Source of the DNA: Mustelus asterias
Lineage: Eukaryota
Reading direction: 5' to 3'
DNA: 64,000 bases
Assembly (NCBI RefSeq): GCF_964213995.1
Contig: NC_135830.1
Location: 12,152,001 to 12,216,000, forward strand
Of the stretch, positions 22,620 to 35,455 are shown piece by piece. The translations under genes were made by a program, and so were the position numbers. Position 1 is the first letter of the stretch, and the number at the start of each line of letters is the position of its first letter. The notes beneath the pieces are model-generated. The model saw nothing but the letters and a program-made list of their open reading frames with translations. It was not told where the DNA came from and ran no database searches.

Positions 22620-24300
22620 TAGGCTGTGCCTGGATCAGATTCCAGGAGGTCATGTCTAAGCTATATCCTGCACTTGGCTCAATATTAGGTGTTCGTATAT
22701 GAGACACAGGCCCTGTTTATATTATAATTTCTAAGTTATGGCGGTACTGAGCCATGCTTCTGCTGATCTGACAAGAGGCCGTGTCTCGATTCTTACTGCC
22801 TCAGAACATTTGCCACTGCATACTAAACTGGAGCAACGCTTCATACATGACACATGGTTCTGTCACAGATATTATGCTAATAGTTCATTAGATTTTGATA
22901 AACTAGATCGTATTTACGTTAATGCTGCACCCGTCCATGCATTTATTTATTTATGACTATGTCACGTCTCAGCTATAATTGCATTTTGCAATACCTCCTA
23001 ATTGCTGCATTGTCCATATCTCAGTGTGTATCAGTCTAGGCCCTTTACCAGTAATTATTGCAAATAAACTGGGCTCTGTCTCAGTTTACATCAGTCTAGG
23101 AACTGTATCAGTAATCATTACTAATACACTGGACTCTGTCTCAGTTTACATCTGTCACTGTCCTGTATCTATTAGTAATTATTACTAATGGACTTGACTC
23201 CGTCTCAGTCTAAAGAAATTTAGGTCCAGTTTCATTAATTACAGGGCTCTGTCTCAGTTTATATGCAGAAGCTCCTGTGTCCAGTAAAACTGCACTAGAC
23301 ACTGTCTCCGTTTTATTTTCCTCGACATTGTCATATATCTTTGAAATGTTTGTTTCCTGGGATGTGGGTGTCACTGAAAAGATCAGCATTTGGCCTTTGA
23401 ACATCCCCACATGGCACTCGGAATGAACCCATTTCTATTTTGCTGGATCAGGACCCCGTTTATGTTACATTCGAGTCTGTCTCTGTTAAACACTGCTAGA
23501 CTAGAAATCAGTTTATATTGCACTAGCCACACTCTCTGGTTAAGTAATATTTGATCCTGACCCTGTACATATTTCACGAGACTGTGTCAGTGTTATGCCT
23601 GCACTTAACTTTGCCTCTATTTGAATTATGTCTGCATTCCTCCGCGGTTCTACGAGAAGAAGAGATATTATGTTGGATGAAAAACAGTGGTCTCTGGCAG
23701 GATTCTGAAACAGGCAGCATTGGATCGACAGTATTTGGTCAGTGCGGGCTTCCAGTGCTGAAGGACCTGTTCCTCTGCAGTAACTTTTCTTGTTCTTTGT
23801 TCTGTGTTGACAGTGCATGCTATACAGGTCTTAGTATCCATTTTCAATGCAGTCAGCAGAAGTAGATTTCAAATAACACTGCTTCTTTTCCAGTGCCCAA
23901 GACCTCATAGCATTCCATGTTCAGGAGGATGCAGAGAATTGTGTCCCCCTAAACACTTTCCTCATTACTGGCATTGTCCAGTGCAGTAAAACTGAGACCA
24001 TGTCCAATGCAATATAAACGTGGATAAGGTCAAGTGCAGGAATAAGACTCCATCTATTTTAATACAAACAGACAGGTCTAAATTAATACAAACCGACACA
24101 GCGTCTAGTTTGAAATAAACTGAAACATGGTGATGCATAATATAAACAGGGACAAGGTCTAATTTAGTATAGTCAGAGGAAGCATCTCGTTTAATATGTG
24201 TAGAGATAGGGTCCAGTGCAACATAAACCGAGGTATGACCTTATATAATAGAAGCTGACGCAGGGTAAATTTACTGTCTAATAAAGAGACTGGTTCAACC
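22620..24300. repeat. Degenerate array of a ctgtctcagtttata motif (left) and its reverse complement tataaactgagac (right) around a unique core
   Basis: Motif at about 23074, 23134 and 23247; inverted at about 23987, 24115 and 24140; paralogue at 39770-41700. Confidence 0.55.
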
Positions 24301-24389
24301 CCCATGAAATGTGGAGAGACGGCCTACTGCCTCATCAAAAATTCACAGGACGGGAGTAACATGGGGTTAGCGGTAAAGTTCCCCCATGC

Positions 24390-25150
24390 ATTGCCAAATC
24401 TAACACTCCCAAGGCAGGAATAGCATGATTTAGATACAAAGTGAACCTCCCTTTCACTATCAAAATCAAACATTCCTGGAAAAGGCAGATTGTCTAGAAA
24501 CAGAGTGAAACTCCCTCTACAAAGTCTGCTCAAACACAATGAAGGCAAAGAGACCAGGGACTCTCTCCTAGGTAAAACCACTTGTGCATTTTTCCTTCAG
24601 AGAATCGGGAGGCAAGTTTGAATTGGTGTTCGGTAGAGGGGGAAGATCCCTCGGCACAGATATCAGAAGGACATATTTTACACAGAGGGTGGTGGGGGCC
24701 TGGAATGCGCTGCCAGGCAAGGTGGTGGAGGCGGACACACTGGGAACGTTTAAGACTTATCTAGATAGCCACTTGAACGGAGTGGGAATGGAGGGATACA
24801 AAAGAATGGTCTAGTTTGGACCAGGGAGCGGCACGGGCTTGGAGGGCCGAAGGGCCTGTTCCTGTGCTGTACAGGTCAGGTACAGCAGAGATTAGATACG
24901 GATTAAATCTCCCTCTACAAGTAATATCAAACATTCAAAGGGCAGGTACGTGAGTTTAGATGCAGACTAAATATTCCTCTACACTGTCCAGTCAAACAGT
25001 CCAAGGGCAGGGAAAATTTCTTTGGTACTGCCACATCGAATCCTTGCTACGAGGTACAACACAGGTTAGATACAGAGGAAAATGTATAACATATCCCAAG
25101 ATCATAGAATGCTCAAGAGATCTTTTAGAGTAAATCTCCCTCATGGATTC
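24390..25150 (+). repeat. Degenerate ~65-bp tandem repeat (ttagatacagagtaaa.ctccctctacactgtcc..tcaaaca.tccaagggcagg), interrupted by a CR1 3' end at 24655-24871
   Basis: Recurrent unit; paralogue at 41710-41985; the CR1 fragment is nearly identical to 21964-22180. Confidence 0.7.
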
Positions 25151-25964
25151 CAATTCATTGCATTCCATTCCTTACAACTCTGGCTGAGAGAATACATTGG
25201 GCAACATTGAATTCAGGTTGTGGAGGGAAGACGATGAACTATCGTGAAGAGACAAGACTTAGAACCAGAAGGAGAAAGACAGAGAGAGAGAGATGAAACA
25301 CAGGGAATTTCCACGAACACATTTGCCGTGTTATCACATTTCGGGATCAGAGGGATTCTTTGCTAATTCTGAACATAGATATTGTCATGATTTTTTTTCT
25401 TCATATAATTGATGAATAACTAATGTATAAAAACAATCATTTCTGGAATCCGTTGATCGATTTGCATGTTTGTCTCTATTTCTGTGCTGTGTTGGTGGGG
25501 AAATATTTTTTTGTGTTTTCGTCAGTCAACAATCTAATCTGGGATTTCTATTTCTGTGTTTATTTACATAAACACCTCACTGTTTACAATGAAATGTTCA
25601 TGGCAGCAAAAACAGATAAACCGTCACTTATTCATTCGTTTCAACTCAAAATAGCGGTTATTTTAAGAATATTAACAGTTGGTTCAAAATGAATAGAAAC
25701 CTTTTTAACATACATTACACCAGATGCTATTTAATTAAATGAATAAATACATTCTAATTAAGAGTTTGTTCTGAAAGTTCTGATGTCACAATAAATAAAG
25801 TATCTGTGAACAGGCTGGTATTCCACTGAATGTTAATTTGATTGATGATCTAAATTGCTTCCACTCGACAAGTTAAAACAAAGAGAACTGATGTGTGAAA
25901 TATTCCTGTCATAATTAGTGATCAGACTCACACGAGGGAAGAATAAAAAATCCAGTGTGGTTAT

Positions 25965-26450
25965 CACTAAGTGATACAAGTAGCATTGCTGCCTCACAGT
26001 GACAGGGAAGTGGGTTCGATTCCAACCTTGGCTGACTGTGTGTGGTTTTTCACATTTTACCATGTCCATGTGAGTTTCCTCCAGGTGCTCCGGTTTCCTT
26101 CCAAGGATGTACGGGTTAGGTGGATTGGTACGATAAATTGCTCCTTTGAGTCCAAGGGTGAGCAACGGAGAATCACAGAATCCCGACAGTGCAGAAGGAG
26201 ACCATTCGGTCCATCAAGTCTGCACCAGCTGTCCAGCAGGGATCATTCCCAGGCCCAAGGTGGATTGGGGGTTCTAAATTGGCCCTTCGTGTCCAACGAT
26301 TTGTAGGTTAGAGTCATTAGCCTCTGAATATGTGAGGTTGTCGGGATAGGGTGAAGGCAGGGCCTGGATAGGATGCGCTGCTGGAAAGCAGCTACAGACT
26401 TGATGGGCCTAATGGCCTCCTACTGCACTGCACTGGATTCTATGATTCTG
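25965..26450 (+). mobile_element. Degenerate and nested SINE(s)
   Basis: tRNA-like head, central core and CR1-like tail at 26395-26450. Confidence 0.6.
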
Positions 26451-27152
26451 TGCTGCTATGATCAGGCAGAGGAATGAATATATTCGCATTAATCTCTCAG
26501 CACTTCCAACGTATTGCAACTTTCATTTTAGTAGAGCTTACATTTATAGAACGCTTTACCCGACTTCATGTAGTCCCAAAGTTCTTAAAACTCACTGATG
26601 TACCTTTGCTGAATTTAGTCACTGCTATCATGTTGCAAATACAACAGGTAATGTACGTACAACAAACTCCCACAAACCGAGATGTGATAAATTGCCAGTA
26701 AATTTGTGATTTTGTTTGAAGAATCAGTATTAAGGTAGGATATTGAGGAGAACAGCCTTGCTCTTCAGAATTATATCAATGAGATTTTGCATCCTGGCAT
26801 CGATTTTAAATGTGAATCTGGTTCTCTCTCTGCTGATGCACACTGACCTGCTCAGTAGCATTTGTGTTGCTTTAGTTTTAGATTTCCAGAATCGGCAGCA
26901 CTTTTCACTGTTGTTATTGATCCTCTGGATGTGATCATCACTGACAAAGCCAATATTTAGTTGTCCCTGCTGAGAAGGCGGGTGTGAACCACCTGGTTGA
27001 AACCTGCCCTCTGGATGATTTTATTATTTGTTTCTCCGTAGCAGCTTTGAGACAACTGACTGGCATGCCTGGCAACTTCAGTAGTGGTTAGAAGTCATTT
27101 TCATCATAGTGGAATTGGAGTCTATGTAGGACAGATAGGGTGAAGATAGAAA

Positions 27153-27627
27153 TCTTCAGTTTCCAGTTATTTCCAAAGAGAAGATGTCGTTTAAAGTATA
27201 AAATCAAATTACTGCGGATTCTGGAATTGAAACCAAAAGAGAAAATGCTGGAAAATCTCAGCAGGCCTGGCAATATTTGTGAGGAGAGAAAATAGCTGAC
27301 ATATCGAATGTTTTGACAAAAGGTCATCTGGAATCGAAAAGTCAGCTCTTCTCTCTCCTTACAGATGCTGCCAGACTTGCTGAGATTTTCCAGCATTTTC
27401 TCTTTCCGTTGTTTGAAGTGTCTTTGGTTGATTCTCAATCCCTGGGGTGGAGGAATTGTAGGTTGACCCAAGAAGACACTGTAACCACTGTTCGTGGACC
27501 TGTCGGACCCAGACCATCCAGTTACTGCCAACATTGAATGCGTTGGCTTTGCAGGTCAGTCTCAAAGGGTTTCAGGGGCGCCCACTTTCTGCCTCTCGCT
27601 GACTCAACACAACCTCCGATTCGACAC
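27153..27627 (-). pseudogene. IGHV: Orphan VH pseudogene, 3'-truncated in FR3, no RSS, no leader
   Basis: VESEVVLSQREAESGRP*NPLRLTCKANAFNVGSNWMVWVRQV...KDTSNN, then a 210-bp insertion, then IFSLEIT. Acceptor changed AG>AA; TGA at 27572-27574; L-V intron homology resumes at about 27970-28060. Confidence 0.9.
27198..27407. mobile_element. Hairpin (inverted-repeat) Penelope-like insertion in the VH pseudogene with 12-bp target-site duplication
   Basis: Arms aaagagaaaatgctggaaaatctcagc... and ...gctgagattttccagcattttctcttt; flanks gtcgtttaaagt (27186-27197) and gttgtttgaagt (27408-27419). Confidence 0.7.
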
Positions 27628-27644
27628 TTGTAAAAATATCTAAA

Positions 27645-27965
27645 ATCCTATGAAAATAAAACGCCACGCACTCCGGACATACTCTCTCATCTTATTCCAT
27701 CGGGAACAAGATACAAAATTCTGAGGACACGTATAAACCGACTCAAATTTTTTTTATTTCCTGCTGCAATCAGACGTTTGAATGGACCTATGTCGCCTTA
27801 AGTTCATCTTTCTCTACACCCCAGCTATGACTGCAAAAGTACATTATTCACTCTCTCCCTTCCTTCCCTATATAAGTTATGCTCTGACTGTATAGTGCGC
27901 AAGAAACAATAATTTGCACTGTGTACTAAATATGCCACAATAATAAGTCAAATGAAATCAAATGA
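27645..27965 (+). mobile_element. LINE 3' end inserted into the L-V intron of the VH pseudogene
   Basis: Absent from the paralogous functional intron (14151-14282); ends in aataagtcaaatgaaatcaaat repeats. Confidence 0.6.
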
Positions 27966-28379
27966 AATATATCAAAAACACCAAGGATTATTCCCGGTGA
28001 ATTGATTGCTGACAATGGAACAATCCAGAGACAGACTGACACCGAGGGAGTGACAGTGAGATCCATTGTCATGTCTCTGCTAATCCAAGAGGTGAAATTG
28101 CATTTGAGCATCTGTTACAGAAAAGAAACAATTTCATTGTAAATAAAGCGCCTTTATTTCATCAAACCTTCACAAGGGAATGGACATAAACAGATGACAT
28201 TACCTTATCAGGGTAAAGACGTCAGTCTGATTTATAATAATTCTGTGTCTCTGACACTTTACAGCGAAATATAATTCATTAGAAGAATTATTATCGATTT
28301 ATGTAACTTAATGCTGGGATGATTGTGTTTCAGGTGTGGATAGCTATCATTGTAATTTGGGACTGGATATAAGAAGAAG

Positions 28380-28992
28380 GGAAGCAGTGGCCAAGCGCTA
28401 TTATTGCTAGACAATTAATCCACAAACTCAACTAATGTTCTCAGGACCCGGCTTCGAATCCCGCCATGGCAGATGGTGGAATTTAAATTCAGTAAAAACG
28501 TCTGGAATTAAGAATCTACTTATGACCATGATATCATTGTCGATTGTGTAAAAACCTATCTGGTTCATTAATGTCCTTTCGAGCAGCAAATATTCCGTCC
28601 TTACCTCATCGAGCCGACATGTGATTGCAGAGCCACAGCAATGTGTTTAGCTCTCAACTGCCCTCGACAATGGGTGGGCAATAAATGCTGATCAGCCAGC
28701 GGCACCCATATCCATAGAATCCCTGCAGTGCAGAAGGAGCATATGGGGCCCACACCGACAACGCTCCGAGCCAGGCCCTGTTCCCATCCCTGCTAATTCA
28801 CTTGATTCTATGGGACAATTCATCATCGCCAATCAACCTAATTGGCATATCTTTGGACCATGGGAGTAAACAGTCAGACAATTGGAGAATGTGCAGACTA
28901 CACACAGACAGTGACCCATTCCGGGAATTGAACCACGGTCCCTGATGCTGTGAAGCAGCAATGGTAACCACTATGCCACCGTGCCGCCCACT
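28380..28992. mobile_element. Two adjacent SINEs (Deu-like on +, tRNA/HE1-like on -)
   Basis: Insertions relative to the paralogous region at about 14930. Confidence 0.65.
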
Positions 28993-30824
28993 AATAAATT
29001 AACAAAATAAACTCCTTATCTGATACAATGTTACACCATATATTTTCCCAACAGCTCCTTAACCCTGTGAAAATTAACGGTGAAAGAAAACTTCTTGACT
29101 TACAATTAAGCATTGAGTTGACAGAGAAACATAAAATTGACATTGACTTTTGACAAAGAAGCTAATGAATTAGAACGGACACGGCAATCAGGAAAGTTCT
29201 CCTTCAGCATCCAAATCATGACAGTTCATTTTATTGGCGAGCAGCTGGTATTGGGAACACAAGATATCAGGACTTTGCGGCATAATGCACAATATCACAA
29301 GAATAAATATTTTATCTTTCACTGAACCAGGTTATGAACTGGTCATTTCTTCGCTCATTGGCAGTTATGAGAGGGACTGTTAAATAATTGAAATCAGATT
29401 ATGCTGGACAAAAGAACACGTTATACATCAGGTATAAGTTTTTAATTAGGTTCAGAACATTGAGAATATTCCAGAAATTCCCGCTGTTCAAGGCAGATAT
29501 ATGATTTTCTTTTACTTTTAATTATTTTCATTTTTGTGCCTTTACACTGATCTCATGGGACTGAGGGATTGGGGACATCAGCATCTTTTTCTTGCACTTC
29601 ATGAAGTTGTTCATAAAGAGGCTTTAATTGTTGGAAGGACATTTCTTTGGAAGCTATACAAATGAAATAGCATCAAGTCAATTGACTAGTTTCCGATACA
29701 TTTTAATCACATAATGAAAAGTGCATTCATTTAAAATATTTGTTTCGAAGGAAAAACATTTAAAATGTGCCTTCCTTTTGGGAATAAAACATTTATTGTA
29801 TAACTGACGAAGTCCCATGTTATCCTTACAGATTCACGTTAATCTGTCCTACGCAGTATTTGGCAACTGTCCAGCCTGCTGCCAAATACCCAAAAATATT
29901 TACAGGAAGCATCTGAGGGTGTTTGTTCAGTAAATCAAAAACCTGTTTCCTCAGTACTGAACACTTGGCTGCAAGCCAACTTCAAACTCTCAGCATTGTC
30001 AATGGGGCCTATTTATAAACAAATCGACCCAGCAACAGTCCTGGAGGCAATTTAATTATTTTTAAGTTGCAAACATCTATGAATGTTTCCCATTTCTTCG
30101 GAAAAGAAAGTATTCAGCTTCTCTGGCACCTTGTTAGCAACAATAATGATCTCTCCAACACAACAAAACATTGATGGATGGATATAAAAAAATACCGGCA
30201 GATTATGAGAGTTGATTCAGAGAGGTGATATATTTTATACTAGATAAACATCTATGCTTGTGTTTTCTTTCACTTCATTCTTCCATGGGACGTGAGAATC
30301 TCTGGAAAGGCCAACATTTATTCCCTTTGCCTAATTTCTTTTGAACTGAGTGGTATACTAGTGCATCTCAGAAGGCATTGCCCAGTTAGTTATATTGCTG
30401 TCCGTCTGCAGTCACATCCTGATGAGACCAGGTAGGGATGGCAGTTTTCCTTCATTGGGGAATCAGAGAGGATAATCTGGTCGCTGTCAGGACGTATTCC
30501 AGATTTATTGATTGAATTCAAATTCCAACAGCTGCCAGGGTCGGATTTAATCTCGTGTCTCCACATCATTGGCCTGGGCTTCTGGATTACTGGTACACTG
30601 GCATTAATATTACGCCACCATCTACTCAGCAATAAAGGAATAATTGCGTTGATGCAGGGATGGACGATAGTTGGATGCCTGAATGTTTTGCTTGAGAAAT
30701 CAGAGAGTGGACGGATGGATGGGACGATAGCTGGTCCAAAAATTTGCTGTTCTACATTCGCATATTTGTGATTTACTACTTCAAAAATCGAAGCAGGTCC
30801 TTTATTCCAAGTGTGTTAGTATAT

Positions 30825-32840
30825 AAGACCATAAGTCCATAAGACATAAGAAATAGGAGCAGAATGTGGCCACTCGGTCCATCGAGTCTGCTCCCGCCAT
30901 TCAATGATGGCTGATATTTTTCTCATCTATATTCTCTTGCCTTTTCCCCATAACCACTGATCCTCTTATTAATCACGAACCCATCTATCTCTGTCTTAAA
31001 AACACCCAATGACCTGGCCTCCAACCTTCTACGGCAAGAGATCCACAGATCCACCACACTCTGGCCGAAGAAATTCCTCCTCAGCTCTGTTTTAAACGAT
31101 CGTCCCTTTAGTCTGAGGTTGTGCCCTCTGGTTCTAGTTGTTCCTACGAGTGGAAACATCCTCCCCACGCCCACTCTATCCAGGCCTTGCAGTATCCTGA
31201 AAGATTCAATAAGATCTCCCCTCATCTTTCAAAACTCCAACGAGTACAGATCCAGAGGACTCAACCGTTCCTCATACAGCAAGCTCTTCATTCCAGGAAT
31301 CATTCTTGTGAAACTCCACTGGACCCTTTCCATGGCCAGCACATCCTTCCTTAGATATGGGGCCCAAAACTGCTCACAATACTCCAATTGGGTCTGACCA
31401 GAGCCTTGTACAGCCTCAGAAGTACATCCCTGCTCTTGTATTCTTGCCCACTCGACATGAATGCTAACATTGCATTTGCCTTCCTGAACCTGCACTTTAA
31501 CCTTAAGAGAATCTTGAACAATGACTCCCAAGTCCCTTCGTATTTTTGATTTCCTCAGCATTTTCCCATTTAGAAAATAGTCTATGCCTCCATTCCTCCT
31601 TCCAAGAGCATAACCTCACACTTTTCCAAATTGAATTCCAGCTGCCACATCTTTGCCGACTCTGCTAACCTGTCCAAGCCCTTCTGCAGCCCCCCTGCTT
31701 CCTCAATACTACCTGTCCCTCTACATATCTTTGTATCATCTGCAACCTTAGCAACAGTGCGTTCAGTTCCTTCCTCCAAATCGTTAATGCATACTGTGAA
31801 AAGTTGTGGTCCCAGCACTGACCCCTGAGGCACACCACTAGTCACCGGCTGCCATCCTGAGAAAGACCCCTTTATTCCCACTCTCTGCCTTCTGCTAATC
31901 AACCAATCCTCTATCCATGACAGGATCTTACCCTTAACACCATGTGCACTTAACTTATTTAACAGTCTCTTTTTCGGCACCTTGTCAAAGGCCTTCTGGA
32001 AATCTAAATAAATCATGTCCACTGGCTCTCATTTATCTAACTTCCTTGCTACCTCCTCAAATAACTCTAACAGATTTGTCAGATATTACCTCCCCTTCAG
32101 AAAACTGTGCTGACTCAGTCCTTCTTTATCATGCACTTCCATGCACTCTGCGATCTCATCTTTAATAATGGAATTTAAAGTCTTGCCAATGAACGAAGCC
32201 AGGCTAACCGGCCTATAATTTCTCGTCTGCTGCCTCCCTCCCATCTTAAACAGTGGTGTTGCATTCGCTACTTTCCAGTCCTCTGGTACATTCCCTGCCT
32301 CCAGTGATTTCTGAAAGACCACCACCAATGCTTCCACAATTTCCTCAGTTATCTCTTTTAGAACCCTGTGGTGTAGTCCTTCCGGTCCAGGTGATTTATC
32401 CACCTTCAGACCTTTCAATTTCCCCAGAACCTTCTCCTTAGTGATGGCCACTGCAGTTACCTGTGCCCCCGGACTCTCTTGGAGCTCTGGCATTCCACTG
32501 GTGTTTTCCACCGTGAAGACTGATGCAAAGTAACTATTCAGGTCCTCTGCCATTGCTTTGTTTCCTATTATTAGTTCTCCAGTCTAATTTTCCAGTGGTC
32601 CAATGTCAATGTTTGCGTCTTTCTTACCTTTTTTTATATTGAAAAGAACTCTCCCTGTCTTATTTGATATTACTAGCTAGCTTACACTCATATTTCATCT
32701 TCTCCCCCATTATTGCTTTTTTAGTTGTCCTCTGCTCGCTTTTAAAGACGTCCCAATCCTCTGGCTTCCCACTAATCTTTGCCGCTTTGTATGCTTTAAC
32801 TTTTGCTTTAATGCTGTGCTTGACCTTTATGCTGTGCGAC
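30825..32840 (-). mobile_element. CR1-type LINE, disrupted ORF2
   Basis: ORFs 30923-32842 with YLDFQKAFDKV, GVPQGSVLGP, KVADD; (cataaga)n tail at about 30825-30850. Confidence 0.93.
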
Positions 32841-32949
32841 AACCTTTAGTCCTTCCAGATTTTCTCGGTGAATCCAATCCCCGAGATATCGGGAACAAAT
32901 GAACTAAGAGCAGTCTGACTTTTTTTCCATCTGCTGATGGTGACTCGAG

Positions 32950-33520
32950 TCATAGAGTCATAAAGGTTGAGAGCATGGACACAAGCATTTCGGCCCTACT
33001 TGTCCATACCGCCCTTTTTATTAACCGTTAAGCTTGTCCCAATTTCCCGCGTTTGACCCATAACGCTCTGTACCCATCCTACCCATGTAACTGTCTAAAC
33101 CCTTTTTAAAAGACAAAATTGTACCCGCCTCTACCACTACCTCTGGCAGCCTGTTCCAGACACTTGCCACACTCTGTGTGAAACAATATCCCCTCTGAAC
33201 CATTTTGTATCTCTCCACTCTCATCTTAAACCTATGCCCTCTCGTTTTAGACTCCTCTATCATTGGGAAAATATATTGAATATCGAGCTGATCTATGCAC
33301 CTCATTATTTTATAGACTTCTATAAGATCCCCCCAAGCCTCCTACGCTCCGGAGAAAAAGTCCCAGTCTATCCAGCCTCTCCCTACAATTCAAACCACCA
33401 AGGTCTCGTAGCGTTCCAGTAAAACTTTTCTGCATTCTTTCTAGTTTAATAATATCCGTTCGATAATAGGGTGACCAGAACTGTACACAGCATTCCAAGT
33501 GTAGCCTCACCGATGTCTTC
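32950..33520 (-). mobile_element. CR1-type LINE 3' fragment
   Basis: LECCVQFWSP and TRGHRFK motifs. Confidence 0.85.
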
Positions 33521-33744
33521 AAAATCTTCAAATCCAAGATGGAAAGAGGGATTAGGTTGAGGGGGGAGGATTGTAATATTTGGAACATATGGCCCTTTCT
33601 AGTGCAACAAATCACTCAACATATCATCACCTAAATTAGCGAAGGTAACAGGCTAAAAAAATAATGAGGCAATTGAAATGTTGTGAAACTCACTGGACAG
33701 ATCCAAGTGGTAAATGACTTTCCAATACTGTGTAAGTGTGCAAG

Positions 33745-34060
33745 GGCGGCATGGTGTCATAGTGGTTAGCCCTGCTGCCTCACAACGCCAGGGACCCGGG
33801 TTCAATTCCGTCCTCAGGTCACTGTCTGTGTCGAGTTTGCAGTTTCTCTCCTTGTCTGTGTGGATTTCCTCCGGGTACTCTAGTTTCCTCCTGCAGTCCG
33901 AACATGTGCAGGTCAGGTTGATTGGCCATGTTGAATTAACCCTTGTGTCAGGGGCATTAGTGGGGTTAATATGAGGGGTCACGGGAACAGGGCCTGGGTA
34001 GGATTGAGGTCGCTCCAGACACGATGGGCTCAATGGTCTCACTCTGCACTGTAGATTCTT
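33745..34060 (+). mobile_element. tRNA-derived SINE (HE1-like)
   Basis: Head with A/B boxes (tggtgtcatagtgg, gggttcaattcc), core and tail. Confidence 0.8.
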
Positions 34061-34489
34061 TGTTCCATGAATAATTAATCTGGATCTTAAGATTCTATAC
34101 CGTCACATTAGACATTTTACATTATATATAACATTAGATACACGTCCTTTCAGTTATACAGTCACTTTCAAAATGGTTACACACTCCAGTTATATATCAG
34201 GGGTTTATGTGTGATGATGAGGTGATTACGTGTCAATTCAATAAAGCGCAGAGGCTGCTGGGTAGCTGCTCATTACCCTCAGTCTGATTTAATTCAACTT
34301 CCCAGTGAATTCTGGGACAGATTTGATTCTTTGGTGACAGAAAGGCCAAAGTGACCTCAATAAATTTGAATCTCAATAAACTCCAATAAATAAACTGCAA
34401 TTATATTTGTACCAAATAAAATGCTGAAAATAATTTGTGAAATATTTATTTGTTCTTGTGATTTGGAGATTATTAGTAATATGAGCGCC

Positions 34490-35455
34490 AGGAAATGACC
34501 ATCTCCAAAAAGAGAGAATCTACCCATTGCTCCTTGTCATTCAATTATATTACGATACTGAATCACCCCCCACTATAAACATCGTCGGGGTTACCATTGG
34601 CTAATCGCTGAACTAACTCGATATATAAATGCTCCGGCTGGAATATCAGGTCAGCTTGCTGTGAGTAACTCACCTTCTGACTCCCCAAACCTGTCCACCA
34701 CCTATAAAACTACAACTCAGGAGTGTAATAGAGTTCTTTCCACTTGCTTGAATGAGTGCAGCTCAAACAACATTCAAAAAGCTTTATAGCATTCAGGAAA
34801 ACGCAGGCGGCTTGACTAGCATAGCATTTGCAAATGCTCACTCCCTCCACCACCGACAAACAACAGCAGCATTATACACCATCTACGGTTTCCTCCGGGT
34901 GCTCCGGTTTCCTCCCACAGTCCAAAGATGTGCGGGTTAAGTTGATTGGCCATGCTAAAAATTGCCCTTAGTGTCCCGGGATGCGTAGGTTAGAGGGATT
35001 AGTGAGTAAATATGGAGGGATATGGGGGTAGGGCCTGGGTGGGATTGTGGTCGGTGCAGACTCGATGGGCCGAATGGCCTCTTTCTGTGCTGTAGGGTTT
35101 CTAGGTTTCTAAGTTTCTAAGTATCTACAAGTTTCACTTCAGGAACTCACCAAGACTCATTAGGCAACACCTTCCAACCACAGGACTGTTACCATTTGGA
35201 AGGACAGGGGTAAGAGTTACCTGGGAATATCACCTGTAAATTCCACTCCAAGTCAGTCATAGAACTGACTTCGAAAAATATCGCCCTTCCTTCACTGTCG
35301 CTCGATTGAAATCCTGGAACACCCTCTGTAACAGCACTGTGTGAGTACATACACCACAGGCTTCACAGCAATTCACGAAGGTAGCTCACCACCAGCTTAC
35401 TAAGAGCAATTAGGGATCGGCAACAACTTTTGACCTAGCCAGCAACGATCACATC
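34490..35455 (+). mobile_element. Old LINE 3' region with a nested 5'-truncated SINE (34886-35120)
   Basis: Same old LINE family as 38940-39660; SINE tail gatgggccgaatggcctc...tttctag repeats. Confidence 0.6.

Noticed and set aside
24390-25150. CRISPR-like repeat-spacer array
   Set aside because: Eukaryotic degenerate tandem repeat with no unique spacers and no cas genes.
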